Source of the DNA: an uncultured bacterium
Lineage (GTDB): Bacteria; Bacillota_I; Bacilli_A; RFN20; CAG-826
Assembly (NCBI GenBank): GCA_949297275.1
Contig: CASFQR010000007.1
Span: forward strand, 2,627 to 66,626
DNA: 64,000 nucleotides
Direction: 5' to 3'
Position 1 is the stretch's first letter. Every line of letters starts with the position of its first letter. The notes under the pieces were generated by a model that was not told the origin of the DNA, ran no database searches, and worked only from the letters and a program-made list of their open reading frames with translations. Below, in pieces: positions 50,572 to 60,542 of the stretch. Both the position numbers and the translations under genes were made by a program.

Positions 50572-51366
50572 ATGAAAAAACACGAGATCAAAATTATCTT
50601 TACCGACATCGACATGACCCTTTTTTCGCATCGCACTAAGAGAGTTCCTGAAAGTGCAATTAAAGCGATTCGTGAATTAAGAAAGAAAGGCATTAAATTG
50701 TTTTTATGTTCAGGACGCAATTTCTATTTAATTCGTAAAACGGGTATTTTAGATGTCATTGAATATGATGGGTTAGTCACGATGAATGGGGCTAATGCAA
50801 TTATTGGTGACAAAATTATTTATAAATATCCCATCCCAAGCGATGTTGTTGATGCAATTATTAAATTCTCTAAAAGACTAAGATTTGGCTTAACTTTAAT
50901 TGAAGAAAACGAAGGACATATTAATTATGTCGATGACCATGTGATTAGTGCCCATGAAAAATATGGCACGCGCTTCCCCCAACCCCGTTCATATCCCGAT
51001 CATTATGACCGCGTAGTCTATCAAATGATTGCATTTTGCGATGAATTAGATGAATCGCTCTTCCTTCCCCACTTAAAAAATTGTAAATCCGCGCGTTGGG
51101 ATGAATATGCTGTTGATATCATGCTCAAAGATAGCGATAAGGCAAAAGGCATCTTAGCAGTCCTCCAATATTATGGTTATAAACCGGAAAACGCAATGAG
51201 CTTAGGCGATAACCCAAATGATATTGAAATGCTACAATTTACTGGTGTTTCAGTCGCGATGGGCAACGCGATTGGTGAAGTGAAAGAGGTGGCAGATTTT
51301 GTCACAAGTGATATTGATGATGATGGCTGGGCTAAAGCAATGAAACACTTTGGCCTTATTGATTAA
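50572..51366 (+). CDS. Cof-type HAD-IIB phosphatase
   Basis: FTDIDMTLF (DxD motif), ...GDNPNDIEMLQFTGVSVAMGNA (GDxxND motif). Confidence 0.8.
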   Translation: MKKHEIKIIFTDIDMTLFSHRTKRVPESAIKAIRELRKKGIKLFLCSGRNFYLIRKTGILDVIEYDGLVTMNGANAIIGDKIIYKYPIPSDVVDAIIKFSKRLRFGLTLIEENEGHINYVDDHVISAHEKYGTRFPQPRSYPDHYDRVVYQMIAFCDELDESLFLPHLKNCKSARWDEYAVDIMLKDSDKAKGILAVLQYYGYKPENAMSLGDNPNDIEMLQFTGVSVAMGNAIGEVKEVADFVTSDIDDDGWAKAMKHFGLID

Positions 51367-52105
51367 CAATTGATGTAATCGCAAATTGTTCAGCAACTTG
51401 GATATGATAATTAGTGGGTTTAAGACCCACTTTTTTAAAGATTTTGTGATAGGCTTTTAACGCTAACTCAGGAGTATTAGCCTCTTGAGAAATATGCGCA
51501 AGAATAATATCGGTTGTTTTATCGCCGATGAGGGTAGATAAATACATTGCCGAATCCTCATTAGAAAGATGTCCTAAATCAGATAAAATACGCAGCTTCA
51601 CATCAGCCGGGCGAAGAGTTTGGTGAAGCATTTTTTGATTGTGATTAGCCTCAAAAACATAATAATTAGCGTTCTTTAGATATCTTAAAGTGCGAGAAGG
51701 CAACATACCGGTGTCAGTAATATAAACAAGTTTTTCCTTTGATGATTTAATTACAAAACCAACAGGATTAATTGCGTCGTGACTAAGAGAAACTGGGCGA
51801 ACTTCTAAACCGATAATATGATATTTTTGATAAGGTTGAATATAGGTAATATCGCTATTAGAAGAATAAGTACCTTCCGTACAAAATATTGGGGTATTGC
51901 GGAGATATTTAACTCCAGAAATATGATCTGAATGATTATGTGTGATTAACAAAGCATCAATATTATTTACTTCGACATTTAAAAAATCTAGACACTTTTT
52001 TAGATAAGAAAAAGAAACACCCATATCAATCAATAGATAATGACCATGGTGTTCTATTAAAGTTGAATTACCCTTTGAGCCACTAGCTAAACAATAGATA
52101 TTCAT
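51356..52105 (-). CDS. MBL-fold metallo-hydrolase
   Basis: HxHxDH motif (ITHNHSDHISG). Confidence 0.75.
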   Translation of the reverse strand: MNIYCLASGSKGNSTLIEHHGHYLLIDMGVSFSYLKKCLDFLNVEVNNIDALLITHNHSDHISGVKYLRNTPIFCTEGTYSSNSDITYIQPYQKYHIIGLEVRPVSLSHDAINPVGFVIKSSKEKLVYITDTGMLPSRTLRYLKNANYYVFEANHNQKMLHQTLRPADVKLRILSDLGHLSNEDSAMYLSTLIGDKTTDIILAHISQEANTPELALKAYHKIFKKVGLKPTNYHIQVAEQFAITSIVNQ

Positions 52106-52106
52106 T

Positions 52107-53561
52107 TTATTCTTCGGAAATACCTAATTTTCTTTGGTTTTCTAAATAAGAATCAATAAATTCTTTTGAAGGAGTATCAAATTTCATGTAGTCGCGTCGG
52201 AATAACAATTGAATTGAGCCGGTACGACCACTACGGTTTTTAGCGATTTTAACATTCATTAAAGAAGTTCCGCGTTCAAGATTTTGACTCTTAACTGTAT
52301 CCATCGCGCTTTGATTGAATTTATCTTTTTTATTAGATTTAGAGGCACTATCATAATAATCGTCTCGCGATAAGAACAAAACGATATCCGCATCTTGTTC
52401 TAAAGAACCCGATTCACGTAAATTAGATAATTCTGGCGTGCGGTTAGGATTTTTATCAACTTCACGGTTTACTTGGGCCACCCCAATAACTGTCACATTT
52501 AATTCCATTGCTAAACGTTTTAAGTTAATTGAAATATCTTGTATTTCTTCTTGACGAGATTTTGTATTTTTACTAGATTGGACTAAACCGACATGGTCAA
52601 CAATTACTAAAGATAAATCTGGATCGCGCGCTTTAAGTTGACGGCACTTAGCTAAAATATCTAAAACTTTAATACCTTGTTCTTCGTGAAAATAGAATTT
52701 TGTCTTATCGATTTTTTGACAAGCCTCATCAATTGATACACGGTCACGCGCATTAATAAAGCCAGTAATTAAAGAATCGTGCGGTACATTACTTTCAGCG
52801 CTTAATAAACGCTTCATGACTTCTGTTGATTTCATTTCTAAAGAAAAAAGGGCTACCGCAGCGTTGCCTTTAGTCGCTACATTGTAGGCTAAATTAAGGA
52901 CAAAAGCGGTTTTACCTACCCCGGTTCGCGCGGCAATCACAACATAAGTTCCTTTTTGAAAACCGTGAATATATTTATTTAATTCAGGAAAACCAGTAGT
53001 AACCCCAATTAACGAACTCGAGCCTTCGACGGCGTTCTTTTTTAAGATATCTAATTCTTTCTTAACTTTTTGAGTAACTTCACTAGCGGGCCTAAATTCA
53101 GAAACTCTTCTTTTACGAGTAATATCAGTAATTTTGGCTTCACTATTCATGACAAAATCATTGATATCTTCAATCTTTTTAGAATTGTAATCGTTAATAA
53201 TGCCATCCATAGCAAATAATAAACTGCGTAAAGAAGAAGTGTTTTTTAAGATTGTGACATAATCTTCAAAACGCGTGTAGGTGACGGCTTTATCACTTAA
53301 TTCGAGTAAATAATCTGTCCCACCAATATCTTCTAATTGTTTATTGTTAATAAGTTCGGTCGTAATCGTTGTAACATCTATAGGAATTCTTTTATCAAAC
53401 AATTCCATGATAGTATTAAAAACAATTTTGTTTTTCTTATCATAAAAATCATTCGTGTCAATTTCCCCTAAACTTTCACTAAACATTGTTGAGGAAACAA
53501 TGATTGCACCTAAAATCGCTTGCTCAACTTCTTTATTAAAGGGAGGTTGTTTAATTGCCAT
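52107..53561 (-). CDS. dnaB: replicative DNA helicase
   Basis: DnaB N-terminal domain (EVEQAILGAII), Walker A AARTGVGKTAF, and position rplI-dnaB. Confidence 0.92.
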   Translation of the reverse strand: MAIKQPPFNKEVEQAILGAIIVSSTMFSESLGEIDTNDFYDKKNKIVFNTIMELFDKRIPIDVTTITTELINNKQLEDIGGTDYLLELSDKAVTYTRFEDYVTILKNTSSLRSLLFAMDGIINDYNSKKIEDINDFVMNSEAKITDITRKRRVSEFRPASEVTQKVKKELDILKKNAVEGSSSLIGVTTGFPELNKYIHGFQKGTYVVIAARTGVGKTAFVLNLAYNVATKGNAAVALFSLEMKSTEVMKRLLSAESNVPHDSLITGFINARDRVSIDEACQKIDKTKFYFHEEQGIKVLDILAKCRQLKARDPDLSLVIVDHVGLVQSSKNTKSRQEEIQDISINLKRLAMELNVTVIGVAQVNREVDKNPNRTPELSNLRESGSLEQDADIVLFLSRDDYYDSASKSNKKDKFNQSAMDTVKSQNLERGTSLMNVKIAKNRSGRTGSIQLLFRRDYMKFDTPSKEFIDSYLENQRKLGISEE

Positions 53562-53563
53562 AA

Positions 53564-54013
53564 TTATTTCTTTTCCTTCACATGCACATTAATGGTGCCA
53601 ACGACCCCTTTAAATAATTCAATAGGTAGGCGGGTATAACCAATATGATCAACTGGGATGCGATCAATAATTTTTCTTTTATCAATTTGAATATTATGTT
53701 CAGCTTTTAATTTTTCTTCAATTTGTTTATAAGAAATAGTCCCAAACATTTGACCATCGCGTCCAACATTTGCCTCAAATTCCACTGTAACCTTTTCTAA
53801 TTGTTTTTGGATTAATTTTGCCTCTTCTTCGGCTTTTAAACGCGCGTTTAAGGCATCTTCATTTTGTTTATTTAAAACATCGAGGGAGCGTTCTGTCACC
53901 TTTACGGCTATCCCACGAGGAATTAATAAATTTTCGGCATAACCATCTTTGACGACTTTAATTTCGCCTCTTTTACCTAATCCCTTCATATCTTTTAATA
54001 ATAAAATTTTCAT
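53564..54013 (-). CDS. rplI: 50S ribosomal protein L9
   Basis: MKILLLKDMKGLGKRGEIKVVKDGYAENLLIPRGIA. Confidence 0.9.
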   Translation of the reverse strand: MKILLLKDMKGLGKRGEIKVVKDGYAENLLIPRGIAVKVTERSLDVLNKQNEDALNARLKAEEEAKLIQKQLEKVTVEFEANVGRDGQMFGTISYKQIEEKLKAEHNIQIDKRKIIDRIPVDHIGYTRLPIELFKGVVGTINVHVKEKK

Positions 54014-54034
54014 CTTATCACCTTCTATCTAATT

Positions 54035-56056
54035 TTAATTTGTTACTTTTCTAGCATCATTTAAATATTCACTTAAAACATCTAATAAACGCGTTTCTGC
54101 TCGGTCGATGGAATAATTAGTAAAGATGACGGCTGAGGAAGTAAAGTGACCGCCCCCACCATCGCCTTTCATTTTTTCCGCTAAAAGTTGCACATTAATT
54201 GTTCCGTCACTGCGGCAAGAAATTTTCGTTTTCTTTTCACCAATATTACCTATCACAAAGCAAGCATTTACACCCTTCATTTGTAAGCATTGATTAGCTA
54301 CTTTAGCAATCGTTGCTTGTTCAATTAAATCATCTTCATCGGCCTTACAATAGACAATGCCATAATAAGGAGTTTTCATCGTCGAAATAATATGAGTAAT
54401 TAAGGAATATTCTTCAAATTCATCTTTTAAATAATCGTCCGCGGTCGAATTGTCCGCTCCATATTCTTTTAAAATCATTGAGGCTTCAAAAGTGCGAATC
54501 CCACAAGATTTCGATTTAAAGAAATTCGTATCTAAAAAGATCCCTGAGAGCATAATTGTCGCGTAAGAAGATGGAATCATCACGCGAGGATTAGCCCCAG
54601 AATATCGCACTAGTTCAGCAATTAATTCACAACTACTAGAAGCACTTGGTTCAATATAAGAGAAGATAGGGTTTTCAATAAATTCTTCAGCGCGACGATG
54701 ATGATCGATTACAAGCACTTTGCTAGCTTTTTCTAATAATTTAGGGGCTAAAGTCATGCTAGGACGATGAACATCAACAACAACTAATAAAGTATTAGCT
54801 TTTAATTTTTCTAAAGCTTCGCTCGGAGTAACAGTCAATTTATTTAATTCATCGCGGGTAAATGCGCTTGTCATTGCTCCGCGGGTTTTTCTTTCGGTTA
54901 ATTTCGGCTCATAAACGACCCAGCAATCTTTTTCAAAATGTTTGGAAATAGCAGCGATGCCTAAGCACGCTCCAATGGCATCCATGTCGGTTTCAGTATG
55001 ACCCATTACAATGACATTTTTAGCGTTTTTAATTAAGGAAAAAATAGAATCGGCTAAGACACGCACCTTAACTTTATTTCGCGCTTCAACCGCTTCTGTT
55101 TTTCCGCCATAGAACACTAATTCTTCGCCGTATTTACTAACAACAACTTGGTCACCACCTCGACTCATCGCGATGTCGATAGCGGATGTTGCCATTTCAT
55201 TTAATTTATTCGCATCAGGAAATTCATGAGCAAAGCCAATCGATAAAGTGGGAGGAGTTTCTTCTTTTTCACCGATTTTATGAACTTTCTCTAATAGAGA
55301 AAATTTATCTTCTTGCATACTTTCTAATGCTTGATAATCGCAGATCGCAAAATAGGCGTCATTGCGATATCTTCTTAATAAAACATGATATTCTTTTGCA
55401 TATTCAAAGATAGCGTTTCTAACTTTTGAAACGACATCATTAAAGTCATCAGCGACCCCACTAATATCGCTATAATTATCAATCATGATAATGCCAATGA
55501 CTAAGGCATGATCTTTTGAATATTTATCAAGGGAATAAAATTCAGTAATGTCTTTAAAAATATATAATCCGGCTTCAGCAATAAATTTAACTTCATAATT
55601 TCGCGAATTAACTTCAACACGCACAACACTTTCGCCAGTCGCATCTCTTAAAGCTGGTTGCCATTCTAAAATATTATTGTCAATAATATCAATTTGACGA
55701 TCTTTAAATAATTCACTCGTCCATAAAACTAAGCCACTTTCATTAGTCACCACAAGACCAATCATCCCGAAGTTATAAGCTTCTTGAATATCAGCCCCAA
55801 TTAAATCAGCAGCCGTCAAATCGTTTAACCGACGAATTTTATTAAATTTAATAATTGCCACCATCAAAACTAATAAATTAAAGATGATGATGACTGCCAA
55901 AATAGTAAAAACATAAATTAGTAAATTAGGAATGTCTCTAAGATTAAAAAAGTTATAAAAATACGCGACGAGGAATAAAGCTAAGATAGCTATTTCAATA
56001 ATGGCGATGATAAATGTAAGTAAGCGTAAGGAACGTAATTCTTTATTCATGGACAT
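54035..56056 (-). CDS. gdpP: c-di-AMP phosphodiesterase GdpP (2 TM + degenerate PAS/GGDEF + DHH-DHHA1)
   Basis: DHH motif LVIDHHRR and DHHA1 GGGH motif (GDGGGGHFTSSA); position between rpsR and rplI as in Firmicutes. Confidence 0.85.
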   Translation of the reverse strand: MSMNKELRSLRLLTFIIAIIEIAILALFLVAYFYNFFNLRDIPNLLIYVFTILAVIIIFNLLVLMVAIIKFNKIRRLNDLTAADLIGADIQEAYNFGMIGLVVTNESGLVLWTSELFKDRQIDIIDNNILEWQPALRDATGESVVRVEVNSRNYEVKFIAEAGLYIFKDITEFYSLDKYSKDHALVIGIIMIDNYSDISGVADDFNDVVSKVRNAIFEYAKEYHVLLRRYRNDAYFAICDYQALESMQEDKFSLLEKVHKIGEKEETPPTLSIGFAHEFPDANKLNEMATSAIDIAMSRGGDQVVVSKYGEELVFYGGKTEAVEARNKVKVRVLADSIFSLIKNAKNVIVMGHTETDMDAIGACLGIAAISKHFEKDCWVVYEPKLTERKTRGAMTSAFTRDELNKLTVTPSEALEKLKANTLLVVVDVHRPSMTLAPKLLEKASKVLVIDHHRRAEEFIENPIFSYIEPSASSSCELIAELVRYSGANPRVMIPSSYATIMLSGIFLDTNFFKSKSCGIRTFEASMILKEYGADNSTADDYLKDEFEEYSLITHIISTMKTPYYGIVYCKADEDDLIEQATIAKVANQCLQMKGVNACFVIGNIGEKKTKISCRSDGTINVQLLAEKMKGDGGGGHFTSSAVIFTNYSIDRAETRLLDVLSEYLNDARKVTN

Positions 56057-56189
56057 TTAAAATTATATCAATGAAAGGTAAAAATATAAAGAGATAAATA
56101 AAATCTATTGATTTCATTTATTGATTTCACTTAATAAGAAAAAATCCCCGCAATTCACGAGGATTTTTCATTTAAATAAATTTGTTTAA

Positions 56190-56417
56190 TTAATCTTGAA
56201 CGTAAGGTAATAAAGCCATATAACGAGCGTTTTTAATGGCTTTCGCTAATTGACGTTGATATTTTGCGCATGTTCCTGTTGTGTGACGAGGAGCAATCTT
56301 ACCATTCGGGGTAATAAAGCGTTTTAATAAATCAACATCTTTATAATCAATGTGAGTGATTTTATTTTTAGTAAAATAGCAAGCCTTACGATGTGGGCGA
56401 ACTTTTTTAAATTTCAT
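56190..56417 (-). CDS. rpsR: 30S ribosomal protein S18
   Basis: 75 aa; ...[40 protein letters not shown]. Confidence 0.9.
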   Translation of the reverse strand: MKFKKVRPHRKACYFTKNKITHIDYKDVDLLKRFITPNGKIAPRHTTGTCAKYQRQLAKAIKNARYMALLPYVQD

Positions 56418-56428
56418 AATTATCCTTT

Positions 56429-56866
56429 CTAAAATGGTAAGTCATCTTCAGCGACATCGATCGATTCTAAATTTTGCGAATCTTCTTTCGCGACATCTTC
56501 ATCCGAGACATAACCACCATCATCAATACCCGCGCGATCTCCTTTTGGCTCGAGGAAAGTAACATTATCCGCTACTACTTCAAAAGCAGTACCTCTAGAA
56601 CCATCGCGTCTTTCAAAGTTGCGTTGACGCACACTACCATCAACCCCTACAAGTGAACCTTTACGGCAATATTTTGCAACATTTTCCGCTTGACGATTAA
56701 AGATGACACAATTAATAAATGATGTCGTGCGGTTACCATCTTGGCCTTTAGTTCGATCGTCAACTGCCAAAGTAAACGATGTAACAGCCACATCACTATT
56801 TGTTCTTCTTAATTCTGGGTCTCTAGTAAGACGACCAACTAATACAATACGGTTTAACAATTTCAT
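56429..56866 (-). CDS. ssb: single-stranded DNA-binding protein
   Basis: [22 protein letters not shown]... OB fold, with the acidic C-terminal tail DDLPF. Confidence 0.9.
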   Translation of the reverse strand: MKLLNRIVLVGRLTRDPELRRTNSDVAVTSFTLAVDDRTKGQDGNRTTSFINCVIFNRQAENVAKYCRKGSLVGVDGSVRQRNFERRDGSRGTAFEVVADNVTFLEPKGDRAGIDDGGYVSDEDVAKEDSQNLESIDVAEDDLPF

Positions 56867-56879
56867 TGTCCTCCAATTT

Positions 56880-57161
56880 TTAGATAACCGTAACTAAATG
56901 ACGGATGACATTGCGATCGATTTTCGCTAAACGAGCAAATTCGTTTAATGCTTCCACTTCTGCGTTTATTTCAATGACAACATAAAAACCTTTTTTCATG
57001 CCATTAATTTCATACGCAAAATCTCTTAAGCCCCATTCTTTTACTTCGAGGACTTTCGCACCTTTACCTTGAAGAATGCCGTGTAATTTTTCAATCTCAG
57101 CTTTGCGATCTTCTTCTGATAAATCGCTCTTCAAGATATACATAATCTCGTATTTCTTCAT
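56880..57161 (-). CDS. rpsF: 30S ribosomal protein S6
   Basis: MKKYEIMYILKSDLSEEDRKAEIEKL... Confidence 0.9.
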   Translation of the reverse strand: MKKYEIMYILKSDLSEEDRKAEIEKLHGILQGKGAKVLEVKEWGLRDFAYEINGMKKGFYVVIEINAEVEALNEFARLAKIDRNVIRHLVTVI

Positions 57162-57331
57162 TTTTACACCTCCCTTTGGACATCTGGCTAACTATTATTT
57201 AGTTAGCAGAGAGTTAATTTGCTTTAAGCGTGTTAATTATAAACTGAAGAAAATATAAGTAAAGAATTATTTTTTGTTCACCCATCAATTTAATTTAGGT
57301 TATCACCTCCTTTCATCACCTTTTTAATAGT

Positions 57332-57355
57332 AAAAAAGCGACCACTTGGGTCGCC
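57332..57355 (-). terminator. lysS intrinsic terminator (gcgacc-acttg-ggtcgc) followed by a U6 run
   Basis: 6-bp GC-rich stem followed by a U-run on the minus strand (plus aaaaaa at 57332-57337). Confidence 0.6.
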
Positions 57356-57382
57356 TCAATAAATAAAAATAGGAATAACGAA

Positions 57383-58870
57383 TTATTTTTCGTCTTTCAT
57401 GCAAGGGAAGAGTAAAACTTCGCGAATTGATTGTTGATTAGTCATTAACATTACCAAACGATCAATCCCAATGCCGATGCCGCCTGTAGGTGGCATGCCA
57501 TATTCTAAGGCATTTAAGAAATCAGTATCTAAATCGTTTGCCTCCTCATCCCCGCGATTCTTTGCTTCTAGTTGTTTAATAAACCTATCTCTTTGATCAA
57601 GCGGATCATTTAATTCGCTATAAGCATTTGCATATTCAGTCGCGTTAATATAAAACTCAAATCGCTCGGTAAAGCGTGGATCTTTAGGTGACTTTTTCGC
57701 TAATGGTGTCACTTCAAGAGGATAGGTATGAACAAAAGTAGGTTGAATTAATTTTGCTTCACATTTTTCTTCAAAGAAAGCGTTAATAATATAACCAACC
57801 GAATTCCAATGTTTTTCTAAAGGAACATCGTTTTCTTTAGCAAGTCTAACCGCTTCTTCAAAAGAAATATCTTGTGAAAAATCGATTCCGGTTTCTTCCT
57901 TAATTAACTCCACCATCGAAACCCAGCGAAATGGTTTTTCTAAATCAATGATTTTATCGCCATAAGGAACTTGCAATGAACCAACTACTTCTAAAGCAAT
58001 TTGACGGAAGATTCCTTCGCATAAAGTGGCCATATCTTTTAAATCGGCGTAAGCCTCATAAGCCTCTACAGTTGTAAATTCAGGATTGTGTTTGGTGTCC
58101 ATTCCTTCGTTTCTAAATAAGCGACCTATCTCGTAGACTTTTTCCATCCCACCTACAATTAATTTTTTTAGTGGTAATTCAGTTGCAATTCTTAAATAGA
58201 AATCTTTATCAAGGGTGTTATGATGGGTGATGAAGGGTCGAGCATTCGCTCCTCCAGCAATTGGATTTAGAACACTAGTTTCAACTTCCATAAAACCTTT
58301 ATTATCTAAAAATCGCTGCAAAACCCTAATTATTTTTGTTCTTTTAATTGCCACATCCATCGCAAAATCATTCATAATCAAATCGACATAACGATGACGA
58401 TATCTTTCTTCAACATCGGTTAAACCATGAAATTTTTCTGGTAAAGGTTTAAGGGCTTTTGTTAAATGGGTAAATTTAGTAACTTTTAAGGTTAGTTCAC
58501 CAGTTCGTGTACGCATCGCCTTTCCTTCTAGGCCAACAATATCACCAATATCTGATAATTTAAAAATTGAATAAGCTTCTTCACCTAAGACATCAATAGC
58601 AACATAGCCTTGCATTTTGCCAGTTAAGTCTTTGATAGTTAAAAAAGATGCTTTTCCCATCTTTCTTAAGGAAATAATTCGACCCGCAATAGTGGCAACA
58701 ATATTTTGTTCATTAAGTTCTTCATCAGTTAATTTATCGCATTTTTCATGCAATGATTTCGCGTTATCGCTACGAGTAAATTTTTTGCCAAAAGGATCAA
58801 CGCCTAACGCGCGGTATTTCGCTAATTTATCGCGGCGAGCAATTTCTTGATCAGTTAATTTAATTTCCAT
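57383..58870 (-). CDS. lysS: lysine--tRNA ligase (class II)
   Basis: 495 aa; class II motifs (FRNEG; GGIGIGIDRL). Confidence 0.95.
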   Translation of the reverse strand: MEIKLTDQEIARRDKLAKYRALGVDPFGKKFTRSDNAKSLHEKCDKLTDEELNEQNIVATIAGRIISLRKMGKASFLTIKDLTGKMQGYVAIDVLGEEAYSIFKLSDIGDIVGLEGKAMRTRTGELTLKVTKFTHLTKALKPLPEKFHGLTDVEERYRHRYVDLIMNDFAMDVAIKRTKIIRVLQRFLDNKGFMEVETSVLNPIAGGANARPFITHHNTLDKDFYLRIATELPLKKLIVGGMEKVYEIGRLFRNEGMDTKHNPEFTTVEAYEAYADLKDMATLCEGIFRQIALEVVGSLQVPYGDKIIDLEKPFRWVSMVELIKEETGIDFSQDISFEEAVRLAKENDVPLEKHWNSVGYIINAFFEEKCEAKLIQPTFVHTYPLEVTPLAKKSPKDPRFTERFEFYINATEYANAYSELNDPLDQRDRFIKQLEAKNRGDEEANDLDTDFLNALEYGMPPTGGIGIGIDRLVMLMTNQQSIREVLLFPCMKDEK

Positions 58871-58980
58871 AATGCACCTCTACTAATCGCCTTATTATAG
58901 CATTATTGTCATATTGATTAAGAAAATTTATTTTCTTTTACATATAGAAAATTTCTTGATTATGTCATAACATTTATTAT

Positions 58981-59697
58981 ATGTATTGTAAAAAATGTGG
59001 TTTTATTACACGCGGACATGAAAAATCTTGTCCATATTGTGGCGAAATTTATGAACCAAAAGGCAAATATGATAAGCCAATAACTTTTCTCAATTGGTTT
59101 GAAATTAGCCCGCGGGTTTTAGTGGAACTAATTCTTACTAATATTTATATTATCTTAGTTATTGCTGACATCATCTTAATTTATGGCTTAGATAATTCTA
59201 TAAATGTCCATTTATCATTTTATGGTTTTATTGCCATTTATGGCTTGATATTTATCTTTCATGATTTTTTGTTTCCTAAAGATCGTCGGCGAAATTTTTA
59301 TTTTTTAAAAACTTATTCTTTTGTTGTTTTAGCCGGAATAATTATGATGTTATCATTCCCGAGTTGGAATAATGATTTATTACCACTAATTAATATCTCA
59401 TCATTTAATTTCTGCTTTGGCTATTTATACCCAAGTTTAATTATCTTTTTAGTCTTAACTGGTACCTGCCACTTTTTTATTCATAAATTTTTCAATATTT
59501 TTTCAACCGTATTCTATATTTTGATATTAATCTTTTCAGGATTAACTTTATTTATTATGACGTTCTTCCCTAGTCTAGGATTTAACACCATTAATCGAAT
59601 TTTAATTTATATCTCATTTGGTACGGCTATCTTTACAATGATTAATTTAGCAATTGTCTTTTCTTTAAAACTCCGCACAAGAGGAGTGAGTGAATGA
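58981..59697 (+). CDS. Zinc-ribbon (CxxC-x13-CxxC) N-terminal domain fused to a polytopic membrane domain of about 6 TMs; first gene of the patatin operon
   Basis: MYCKKCGFITRGHEKSCPYCGE, then hydrophobic segments. The stop overlaps the start of the next gene (ATGA). Confidence 0.55.
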   Translation: MYCKKCGFITRGHEKSCPYCGEIYEPKGKYDKPITFLNWFEISPRVLVELILTNIYIILVIADIILIYGLDNSINVHLSFYGFIAIYGLIFIFHDFLFPKDRRRNFYFLKTYSFVVLAGIIMMLSFPSWNNDLLPLINISSFNFCFGYLYPSLIIFLVLTGTCHFFIHKFFNIFSTVFYILILIFSGLTLFIMTFFPSLGFNTINRILIYISFGTAIFTMINLAIVFSLKLRTRGVSE

Positions 59698-60542
59698 AAA
59701 TCGGATTATGCATTTCCGGTGGTTTTGCGCGTGGGGCGGCCCAAGCTGGCTTTCTTAAAGCCTTTTTTGAAGAAGTTAAACGAGAAGATATCGCTTTAAT
59801 ATCAGCGTGTTCAATCGGGGCAATTAACGCAATCAGCGTTGCAAATAATTCATTAGATTATTTAGATTTTTTATGGCGAACGATTGATGTTTTTGATTTT
59901 AAAAATCTCAAAATTAATTTAGGTAATAAAGTTGTCGATCGTTTATTGGAAGATATCTCTAATCCTAGTCGCAAAATTGAAATACCAATATATGTTACTG
60001 GTACCTGTTTAAACACTTTATCAACTCATTATTTTTATTTAAATGATAAGACTCCTCGCGAGGATGTTATAAAAGCATTAAATATCACTTTAACCTTCCC
60101 TTTTGTAAATGGTCTATTCCGCCGCGAATACCACCGCTTCTATCTTGATGGTGGATCAACTGATAATATTCCTGTTTATCCTTTTTATTATTACGATTTA
60201 GATATGATTATTGTTTTACATTGCCACCCAAATTATCTTCCGCCTCGCAAGATGATTTTAGGAAAAACACCAATTATTGATATCGATGTCACGGCTTTAT
60301 GTAAAAATACAATTTCTACTTATTCGTTTTCTAATAAAAATTTAAATCGCCTCTATGAATTAGGATATCAATATGGTTTAAAATTTAAACAAGAAGTGCT
60401 AGTAGGTTTAACGAAAGAAAATGCGAAAACAAGATTCCAAAAATTTCTCCGCGAGAATGCAGATTTAAGAAAGCAAAATAAAATTAATTTAGGCGCGGCT
60501 ATCTTCTTTAATAAACTAATGAATTCAAGGTATCTAAAATGA
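59694..60542 (+). CDS. patatin-like phospholipase (PNPLA) domain protein
   Basis: Oxyanion motif CISGGFARG, nucleophile motif ACSIG (a GxSxG variant) and DGG motif (YLDGGSTDN). No signal peptide. Confidence 0.7.
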   Translation: MKIGLCISGGFARGAAQAGFLKAFFEEVKREDIALISACSIGAINAISVANNSLDYLDFLWRTIDVFDFKNLKINLGNKVVDRLLEDISNPSRKIEIPIYVTGTCLNTLSTHYFYLNDKTPREDVIKALNITLTFPFVNGLFRREYHRFYLDGGSTDNIPVYPFYYYDLDMIIVLHCHPNYLPPRKMILGKTPIIDIDVTALCKNTISTYSFSNKNLNRLYELGYQYGLKFKQEVLVGLTKENAKTRFQKFLRENADLRKQNKINLGAAIFFNKLMNSRYLK